A stretch of 25,420 nucleotides of DNA from a virus (taxonomy: Duplodnaviria; Caudoviricetes), in IMG/VR virus record IMGVR_UViG_3300017903_000060, positions 1-25,420 of that record; one strand, given 5' to 3'. Every line of letters begins with the position of its first letter. The first letter of the stretch is position 1. The notes beneath the pieces are model-generated. The model had not been told where the DNA came from. It saw only the letters and a list, made by a program, of their open reading frames with translations, and searched no databases. The translations under genes and the position numbers were made by a program. Below, one piece after another: positions 18,416 through 25,420 of this stretch.

Positions 18416-18963
18416 TGAACTCTCCTTGCCATTAAGCCTTTAGGTTCTTCCACCTCTTCTTCATCACCCATTGTTATGTCATCTTCTAATTCTTCAGAAG
18501 AAGTTTTTCCTAACTCTTCATCGCTAAATAACATACCTTCTTTTTTGTCTATCTCTCTTTGTAGCTTTAGTCGTATGCTTTCTAGCATTGTATCTCTAGT
18601 CTTGCCTTTGTTAGGATTCTCCATACCACTGTCATACTTGACACCTGCCATATCACCTACAAGCATAATCATTTCCATTAGCAATGGCATCACTAACATA
18701 CCTACGTCAACAGTATGCTTACCATCCATAACACCACCTAGTTGTATTGTGTTAGCTAAACTTGTTACAGGAACATCCATCTCTAAGACATCTACTAGTT
18801 GTTCAGTAAACTCTTCAGATGACATTCTATCTAAATAATATTCTATTGCTTCATCTACAGTAGCATATTGGGGTGCTTGTTGCCAAGGTCTACCACCTAA
18901 CTCTGAAGTCATGTGTTGCCCTGCTATAGGAGCATCTAGTACAGGTCTATTAGTTTCTGCCAT
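18412..18963 (-). CDS. Hypothetical virion-module protein
   Basis: 183 aa, overlaps both neighbours, acidic C-terminus. Confidence 0.75.
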   Translation of the reverse strand: MAETNRPVLDAPIAGQHMTSELGGRPWQQAPQYATVDEAIEYYLDRMSSEEFTEQLVDVLEMDVPVTSLANTIQLGGVMDGKHTVDVGMLVMPLLMEMIMLVGDMAGVKYDSGMENPNKGKTRDTMLESIRLKLQREIDKKEGMLFSDEELGKTSSEELEDDITMGDEEEVEEPKGLMARRVQ

Positions 18964-19171
18964 TTAATATCTCTTCTCGTTTTCTCTTGATTACAGATAC
19001 ATGTTTTGCAACACGAACAGAAGGATTGTTTACATCCATCTCTTTTCTTACTTTATTTGCTTGACCACGTGCTAATAAACCACGTGTAGCTTTAACATCT
19101 GTATCTTCACCTTCTTCTACTTTAAGGTTTCTATATAAAGTTAAAGCAGGATTGTTTCCAAAACTAGGCAT
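18950..19171 (-). CDS. Small basic hypothetical protein
   Basis: Start moved to ATG 19171 (MPSFGNN...) after AAGGA. Confidence 0.7.
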   Translation of the reverse strand: MPSFGNNPALTLYRNLKVEEGEDTDVKATRGLLARGQANKVRKEMDVNNPSVRVAKHVSVIKRKREEILNGRN

Positions 19172-21509
19172 ATGACACCATCCTTTTCTCCTTAACAACT
19201 AAATCCATTAACTTTTTAGTAAGCCATTTAAGTATAGGCTTTTTCTTAATATATTTAGCATAGTCTTCACCATATTGCTCATACAGCTTAACAAACCATT
19301 TTGGTGCTTTATATTTTATCCACATACGGAATACGTACCAACGTGGGTCACCTTTGCCATACACTTCTCTAGCTACCCAACAGAATCCTGACATGATATA
19401 AGCACTACCTAATGTTCCAATTAAACCACCAATAGCACTACCTGCAGCAGTACTCTCTCCACGTTTAGCAACTTCTGATTGAGTGTCTGCATTTAAGTTA
19501 GCAATTGACATATCAGCGTATCTATTCAACTCATTCTCAGCAGATGTCCACGCCCATTCCATTGTATCACCATAATAGTTCCACAAGTTATTGTAAGCTT
19601 GAGTAGATGTAGCAAGTAAGTTGGTTGCGTTTATTTCATTGACACGATTGACAGTAGCAGTATCTGCTGTAGCAATAGTTCTTCTCCACTGTGCATTATT
19701 TTGGTCAATGATTAATCTGTTCTGTGCATTGAAAGTATCACGTTGATTGTTTAGTTCAGCATTAAATCTTTCTAAAACATTTATCTGACCTGCATTATAC
19801 TGTGATTGAGCATTAGCTTGAGTCGCATTAAACTGTGCAGTCTGTGTTCTTAAGTTAGAGAAGAATTGGTCAGTTTGATTCTGACTAGATGCATTAAACT
19901 GTCTAGCAGCATTCTCAGCAGCTTGGTCAGTAAACATTGATTGTATTCTTTGCTGTGCCTTAAATAGTACAGTCTGTTGGTCATTAGCTAAATTAGCCAT
20001 ATCTACTTGTAAAAAGCTCTGAGCATTTTGAACAGCTGCCTGTTGTCTATTATTTAAGTTTGCTGTATCTAACTGTGATAGAGCCGCTGCTTCAGCCATG
20101 ACTAATGCTTGAGAGTTACTCAAGTTCTGAAGGTTCATAGTGTTAGCAGTACGAGAGTTTTCTAAGGCTATCTGTTGTTCAGCAGTAAAGTTTTGATTAG
20201 CTACGTCAGCTATACGTGAAGAGTTTTGTACTCTTGCCTGAAACTCTTGGTCAAACTCTTGACCCATAAAAGTTGCACGTTGCTGTGCAGCAAGCATTGC
20301 TCTCTGCTGTCTGTTAGATAAGTTTTGAGATTCAAAGTCAGCTTGTGTTTTGGCATCTGCCATTGCTATAGGTAGGGCAGATTCTAGTGCACCTTGTATA
20401 AGTGCTTGACCAGCTATTGAAGAAGCACCTAAACCTCTAGCAGCTAATTGACCTTGTACAGCACGTAATGTTCCTGCTGCCCATGCAGGTGGATTGCTTG
20501 CATCAAAGTCAGCAGTAAGCTGTGCTAGTTGTCCTTGTACAGTAGCCTTCTCACTAGGAGTAGCAGTTGCAGCTTCTATCTGTTCAGTAAACTTAGCTGC
20601 CTTCTCAGCATCTGCTGCACCTGAGATTAACTCACCTTCTTCTATTTCACGTTGAAGTGGATTCTCTAATACTGTAGATACACCTTGAGCAGCATCTAAA
20701 TCAGATACAGCACTCTTTGTTTGTTGAGCTGCTATAACTTTTGCTTTATCATCTAAAGTGCCTTGAGCAGCGTTTACACTATCTAAAGCAGTCTCAACAT
20801 CTCCTTCTACTGTAGTTGCTGTCATTAAGTTTGTATCAGTAGCAGTAGGCAGTTCTGCTTGTGTTGTTGTAGCTAATGAAGTAGGAACTGCAACAGCACC
20901 TGATACTTGACCTGTACTTGTAGGAATGTATTGACCTTCTTCTTGTGTAATACCTTGACCTACAACCTGAGCACCTGATGGTAAAGCAGGAGCAGACATT
21001 CTTTGTGCTGCAACTTCTGTTATATCCATTCCTTGAGTTTCGTAAACCTGATTACCTTCTGCATCTAATACAGGGTTACCTTCTTCGTCTACCTGTGCTA
21101 CTTGCTTTGTGTAGTCAGCTACAGGCATAGGCTGTTGAGGTAAAGGATTTGCAGTTGTTGTAGGAACAGGTGTTATAGGAGGAGGTGTCGTTACGTCAAC
21201 AGGCATTGTTGTAACAGTATCAGGCAGTTCAGGTGTTGTAGGTGGTGTAATATCTTCTATAGGGAGTACAGGACCAGTAACTGGTTCTAAAGAAATATTT
21301 TTACCCAAAACAGTACCACCTTCTTGCATCTTACGTACAGCACCACCACGAGCCATCTTCTGTGCTTGTTGAGTGTACATGTTCATCATTTTCTGTTTGT
21401 CAGGGTTTTGTTGCAAGTAACTGTTAAAGCCTTCTAAGCTACCTGTATAACCCATACGGTTAGCTATCTTTTGTAATCCTTGTGGCTTAAAGCCTTTAAA
21501 CATTGCCAT
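19164..21509 (-). CDS. Probable ejection/pilot-type virion protein: Pro/Thr linker, Gln/Asn/Ala helical repeats, Gly zipper, C-terminal CWVAREVYG domain
   Basis: 781 aa; repeated AQFNA/QYNA/RQFNA helices; AGSAIGGLIGTLG; function inferred. Confidence 0.6.
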   Translation of the reverse strand: MAMFKGFKPQGLQKIANRMGYTGSLEGFNSYLQQNPDKQKMMNMYTQQAQKMARGGAVRKMQEGGTVLGKNISLEPVTGPVLPIEDITPPTTPELPDTVTTMPVDVTTPPPITPVPTTTANPLPQQPMPVADYTKQVAQVDEEGNPVLDAEGNQVYETQGMDITEVAAQRMSAPALPSGAQVVGQGITQEEGQYIPTSTGQVSGAVAVPTSLATTTQAELPTATDTNLMTATTVEGDVETALDSVNAAQGTLDDKAKVIAAQQTKSAVSDLDAAQGVSTVLENPLQREIEEGELISGAADAEKAAKFTEQIEAATATPSEKATVQGQLAQLTADFDASNPPAWAAGTLRAVQGQLAARGLGASSIAGQALIQGALESALPIAMADAKTQADFESQNLSNRQQRAMLAAQQRATFMGQEFDQEFQARVQNSSRIADVANQNFTAEQQIALENSRTANTMNLQNLSNSQALVMAEAAALSQLDTANLNNRQQAAVQNAQSFLQVDMANLANDQQTVLFKAQQRIQSMFTDQAAENAARQFNASSQNQTDQFFSNLRTQTAQFNATQANAQSQYNAGQINVLERFNAELNNQRDTFNAQNRLIIDQNNAQWRRTIATADTATVNRVNEINATNLLATSTQAYNNLWNYYGDTMEWAWTSAENELNRYADMSIANLNADTQSEVAKRGESTAAGSAIGGLIGTLGSAYIMSGFCWVAREVYGKGDPRWYVFRMWIKYKAPKWFVKLYEQYGEDYAKYIKKKPILKWLTKKLMDLVVKEKRMVSYA

Positions 21510-21519
21510 ATCGTATTCC

Positions 21520-21714
21520 TTATTTCATAACTATTGCAACAATCAAAGCTACCACACCAAGTGTACCCACCATAGACATAGCTTCTATTCGCCACATTCT
21601 TTTGTCTAAACCTTCTAGTTTGTCATTGACTGTTTGATACCTTATAGCACATTCTTTCTCATGTGCATCAAGTTCCATTTGTACTTGGAGTTCAGGTTTC
21701 ATTTCCATTTTCAC
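21520..21714 (-). CDS. Small coiled-coil protein with C-terminal TM helix (XhlA/holin-like)
   Basis: AHEKECAIRY...RMWRIE then VGTLGVVALIVAIVM; start uncertain (GTG 21714 or ATG 21708). Confidence 0.6.
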   Translation of the reverse strand: MKMEMKPELQVQMELDAHEKECAIRYQTVNDKLEGLDKRMWRIEAMSMVGTLGVVALIVAIVMK

Positions 21715-22025
21715 TACCAAGATACTCCATTTGCTGTTGTTGGATTAGCTTTAGCACTTATTTTTGACGCAATGTTTGTTTCTATTGACGCAACGAAGTC
21801 TGCACCTAAAGCATCTTTTACCCACCCTATAGCCTGTGCTTCAGTAATATCTGCATATGGTGTTGGTGTTCCTACAAGCTCTACATTTACTGTTCCTTTA
21901 ACTTCATGACTGTTACCATTTGCGTCAGAATCTTTTACTTTAAATTGTAATGAAGTAACAATATCTGTATATTCTCCTTGTACTAAATCTCTCTTCATAT
22001 CTTCTATATTCCAAGTTACTGCCAT
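21714..22025 (-). CDS. Small tail-fibre-associated hypothetical protein
   Basis: TWNI...TPYADITEAQAIGWVKDALG...GVSW type commonly seen after tail fibres; AAGGAG RBS. Confidence 0.65.
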   Translation of the reverse strand: MAVTWNIEDMKRDLVQGEYTDIVTSLQFKVKDSDANGNSHEVKGTVNVELVGTPTPYADITEAQAIGWVKDALGADFVASIETNIASKISAKANPTTANGVSW

Positions 22026-22060
22026 TTTATGCTTCTCCTTTTTTAATCATTATTAAGTAT

Positions 22061-22630
22061 TCACCACAGATAACTAAACCATCCAGTAACGATAGTTTTT
22101 TCTTGTGTTGAAGATATCTGTCCAACATGAGCATGAGTCCAGTCAGATGGAAAAATCAGACTTTTACCTTTAATTGCTTTTATTGTTCTATTTTGATAAA
22201 CAAATCTAGTACCACCAGCATCCAAGTCATTAAGATATGTCATAAAAACTAAACATCTTTTTATTGTGTAATTAAACTGTCCAGTTCTCTCAAAATGTTC
22301 TACTTTAAAACCTTCGTTTTTTTTGTAGTGTTGTATGTTGTATGTTTCTAAAACATTAAAAGCATTCATATTATTTACATGAGGATATACTTCTATATAT
22401 TCATTTAAACCCTGTTGAAGATAACTTCTATAAGTGCCAAAAGGCTTGTCAGTATTGTCTGGTGATATGTGTATTTCTGTAGCTTTTTTGTCGTCAGATA
22501 CTATGGTATTCGTTTCTCCATATTCAAGAACACCTTTCTTATGTAAATCAGTATTGCTGTGATAAAAATCTAATATCTCATCACATATATGCTCAGGCAT
22601 TGTCCAACTATGTATAAAATCTTTATTCAA
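22061..22630 (-). CDS. 2OG-Fe(II) oxygenase (prolyl-4-hydroxylase-like)
   Basis: H-x-E (EHFE), FMTYLND..GGT.F, LIFP..WTHAH, KTIVTGW; likely start TTG 22630 rather than 22690. Confidence 0.88.
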   Translation of the reverse strand: MNKDFIHSWTMPEHICDEILDFYHSNTDLHKKGVLEYGETNTIVSDDKKATEIHISPDNTDKPFGTYRSYLQQGLNEYIEVYPHVNNMNAFNVLETYNIQHYKKNEGFKVEHFERTGQFNYTIKRCLVFMTYLNDLDAGGTRFVYQNRTIKAIKGKSLIFPSDWTHAHVGQISSTQEKTIVTGWFSYLW

Positions 22631-23048
22631 ACTCACGTAGCACCCATCCAGTTGTGTTGTCTGCTTGATAGGCATCTTCATCCCATTCATAAATTATTTC
22701 ATCACTAGCATCACTAGGAAGACTTAATGGAGCATCCCATAAACAAGTAGTTTCATTTAGCACCCAAGAAGCAAAAGGTTGTGGTTGTACAAAAGCATCT
22801 CTTGTTGCATCGTAAGTGTATCCAACTACTGCATAATTTTTTCTGAAAGGAGTACCATTGTTGTTATGTACCCCAGCTATTGTATTGTAGCTTGTTTTTT
22901 TCCAATTAGAATGACTAGTTAAAGTTGTTAAAAAATCAATTCCTAACTGTTCTTGTTCAACTCCATCGTTATCTAATATAACTTCGTTGTTAACAACAAC
23001 AACTTCTTCTACAATATTGTTTGTTCCTATTTTTGCGAAGTGTGCCAT
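22623..23048 (-). CDS. Hypothetical partner of the Gly-rich protein (tail-fibre assembly-like)
   Basis: MAHFAK...WKKTSYN...FRKNYA..GYTYD...QPFASW...WDAP; TAATG coupling to the upstream gene. Confidence 0.65.
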   Translation of the reverse strand: MAHFAKIGTNNIVEEVVVVNNEVILDNDGVEQEQLGIDFLTTLTSHSNWKKTSYNTIAGVHNNNGTPFRKNYAVVGYTYDATRDAFVQPQPFASWVLNETTCLWDAPLSLPSDASDEIIYEWDEDAYQADNTTGWVLREFE

Positions 23049-24010
23049 TATGCTGTGTAACTCCCTGAACCTCTAAATTCCATAATTGTATTACTACCAC
23101 TAGTATTAACAATTGGAGAACCTGTAGTAGTACTAGAATAATTTGAAGTAGGTACACTTAGTATAACAACACCAGAACCACCTGATGACCCAGTGTTAGC
23201 ACCAGAGCCACCACCTCCACCACCAAGATGGTTAGAGCCACTTGCACCTGTACCATTAGATGCAGTACCTCCACCACCAGTACCACCATCACCTTCTCTT
23301 GTGCCACCTCTACCTGCACCTCCTCCACCACCTGCATAAGTGACAGAAGAACCAGTTATAGATGAAGAAGAGCCATTACCACCATCTGCTTCATGACCAC
23401 TAGCATTAGAACCTGATACACCTGCTTGGCTTGCACCACCTCCACCACCACCTTGTCCAGTGTTAGCTCCAGTTGTACTTACACCATTACCACCATTATT
23501 TCCTTGACCAGATATACCAGTTCCACCACTACCATTACTTTGTGTGCCACCTCCACCAGAGCCACCATTACCACCATTGAAGCCAAGTGAACTATTATTT
23601 GTAGCACCACGACCACCACCAGTACTTGTAATTGTAGTCATGCCTGAACCTGATATTGATGAGTTTCCACCATTACCTGCATTGGAATTAGAAGTGCTGT
23701 TACCACCTCCTGCACCCACAGTGACAGTGATAACTGTACCTGCATTGATAGATTGTGTCGAAGTTCTAAAGCCACCTGCTCCACCTCCTCCACCATTCAA
23801 GCTACAACCACCTCCACCTCCACCTGCAACAACTAAAAAGTTAATTGAATAAGCGGCAGATGTGCCATGGAAGTCAGCACCTATTTGTATTTCACCAGAA
23901 GCAGGTGCATTACCTTTACTGTAATATTCAGATAAAGCATGGGGAGCAGAGCCACCAAACTCGGTTGCAATATCATTTAAACTAATTTGACCAGAACTAG
24001 GAAGTGCCAT
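23048..24010 (-). CDS. Glycine-rich putative tail-tip adhesin (polyglycine-II type)
   Basis: MALPSSGQISLNDIATEFGG N-terminus; many GGGGG/GGxG blocks bounded by VVAGGGGG and GGSGVVIL; follows the tail fibre. Confidence 0.7.
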   Translation of the reverse strand: MALPSSGQISLNDIATEFGGSAPHALSEYYSKGNAPASGEIQIGADFHGTSAAYSINFLVVAGGGGGGCSLNGGGGGAGGFRTSTQSINAGTVITVTVGAGGGNSTSNSNAGNGGNSSISGSGMTTITSTGGGRGATNNSSLGFNGGNGGSGGGGTQSNGSGGTGISGQGNNGGNGVSTTGANTGQGGGGGGASQAGVSGSNASGHEADGGNGSSSSITGSSVTYAGGGGGAGRGGTREGDGGTGGGGTASNGTGASGSNHLGGGGGGSGANTGSSGGSGVVILSVPTSNYSSTTTGSPIVNTSGSNTIMEFRGSGSYTA

Positions 24011-24013
24011 TTA

Positions 24014-25420
24014 CTAAGCTCCTTTTAATTCATTGATTTCTTGCTTAAGTTCTTTGATTGACTCAATTAAAAGACCTATGATTTGGTCGTACTGTACAGT
24101 CTTATATGCTACATCATCATCCATCTTCAACGGTAACTCTTTCTCACTTACTGCACTTGGTAGAACCTTTTCTACTTCTTGTGCAATAACACCTGCTGAT
24201 TTCTTGCCATCTGCTTTGTATGTGAATGTGTAGCCATTTAGTTGACTTACTTTGTCTGTAGCATTTTCAATCTTCTTAATGTCTGTCTTCAGTCTTTCGT
24301 CTGATATAGTTGTTGAGAAAGCAATTACGTCACCATCTGCATGAAAATCACCATCTGATTCAAACCTAAATTCATTATTTCCATTTATGGTAACATCCAT
24401 ACGAGTATTATCAGTAAAAGAAATGAAGTCTGTTGAATCTAATCCTATGTTACCAGAAGCATATACATTACTATTAAATGTTGCACTTCCTGCATCAGAC
24501 ATATCCAATGTAAGAGCAGTTATTGCAGTACCTCCATCATTACCTGTGAAGGTTATATCCGAGTCACTTTGTGGAGCATCTATCGCAAGACCGGGAAATA
24601 CTTTAAGATTTCCATAAGTAGTACCATTTATACTATTTGAAAGAGCAATAACTCCGGGAATACCACCTGCTGATATTTCTAAAGTACCAGTATCTTTTAG
24701 AGGACCATTAATAAAAACACCATCATCAGTAACGGTAAAACCACCACCATTACTTTCATCAGTTATAGTAATACCATCCCCTTCAATTCTAAGGTTTTGG
24801 TCAGACTCTATATAACTTATACCTGTACTAGAAGTAAGAGCCTGATGATATATCTCAATTTGCCCTGCTGGTCCTGTTCCTATTAGTAACTTTTCACTGT
24901 TTGGAAAAGTAACATTACCACTAGAATCTGCTGTTACTGTTTTACTAGCTTCTACTGTTCCTAATGTAGTAATGTCATTGTAGTTTAACTCGGCTGCTGT
25001 TGCAGTAATTGAAGTATTACCAATCTGTAATGTTGTAGCATCTACAGTTGTTGCTGTTAGTTCTCCTGTTATGTCAACACCTGTTGAGGTGGTGGCTAGT
25101 TTGGCTGCGTTATCATAATACAAAGTTACTGCACCATTGTTAGCAGCAAACAAATAGTTTTCACTATTATCAGCATTGTTTAGTTCAAGATTGTTAGCTT
25201 GTATTCTAAGGTTTCCAGTGCCATTATCTTGAATTATGCTACGACTACCATCATGGTAAATCTGTAAGTCATTACCTGCACCAAATATGGCTTTCACGTT
25301 ATCACTAAAAGATAAATCACCTGATGTCTTGGTGTCTGCTACATCACTTCTAAGGAATGAACTGCTGTCAATACTGTCAAGTGTTGCAGCATCAATTGAA
25401 CCACTATCAGACAAATTAGT
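24014..25420 (-). CDS. Tail fibre (5' truncated) with C-terminal peptidase S74 intramolecular chaperone
   Basis: DAATLDSIDSSSFLRSD and DLQIYHDG repeats; SDERLKTDI...AGVIAQEVEKVLP...LIESIKEL. Confidence 0.9.
   Translation of the reverse strand, partial: TNLSDSGSIDAATLDSIDSSSFLRSDVADTKTSGDLSFSDNVKAIFGAGNDLQIYHDGSRSIIQDNGTGNLRIQANNLELNNADNSENYLFAANNGAVTLYYDNAAKLATTSTGVDITGELTATTVDATTLQIGNTSITATAAELNYNDITTLGTVEASKTVTADSSGNVTFPNSEKLLIGTGPAGQIEIYHQALTSSTGISYIESDQNLRIEGDGITITDESNGGGFTVTDDGVFINGPLKDTGTLEISAGGIPGVIALSNSINGTTYGNLKVFPGLAIDAPQSDSDITFTGNDGGTAITALTLDMSDAGSATFNSNVYASGNIGLDSTDFISFTDNTRMDVTINGNNEFRFESDGDFHADGDVIAFSTTISDERLKTDIKKIENATDKVSQLNGYTFTYKADGKKSAGVIAQEVEKVLPSAVSEKELPLKMDDDVAYKTVQYDQIIGLLIESIKELKQEINELKGA

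Noticed and set aside
23080-23830. CCA/CCT trinucleotide repeats
   Set aside because: Explained by poly-Gly coding; no repeat-spacer structure, so not CRISPR or a DNA-level array
15194-24617. Plus-strand ORFs opposite virion genes, including Pro-rich 23544-23852
   Set aside because: Antisense shadows; the poly-Pro is the complement of GGT/GGA Gly codons

Overview
AT-rich fragment of a marine T7-like dsDNA phage (podovirus) genome with two convergent, densely packed arms. The + strand (1-13306) holds early and replication genes: a DenV-like glycosylase, tyrosine integrase, separate primase and DnaB-like helicase, family A DNA polymerase, probable SSB, Cas4-like exonuclease, T7 endonuclease I-like protein, DUF3310 protein, class II RNR, Rmf-like protein and MazG-like protein. 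The - strand (25420-13308) holds virion genes: a tail fibre with an S74 chaperone, a Gly-rich adhesin, a 2OG-Fe(II) oxygenase and three probable internal/ejection proteins. The DnaJ-type zinc finger inside the polymerase, the integrase upstream of primase and the lack of an RNA polymerase in the window fit HMO-2011-type phages of marine alphaproteobacteria (inference). The most notable observations are a Cys-initiated C-terminal domain on a probable ejection protein that may be autoprocessing, four sigma70 promoters overprinted on gene 3' ends (three lacking the -7 T), an integrase with His replaced by Met, and an Rmf-like gene next to MazG. I saw no tRNA, rRNA, CRISPR array or attP. All calls come from reading motifs by eye; no searches were run.
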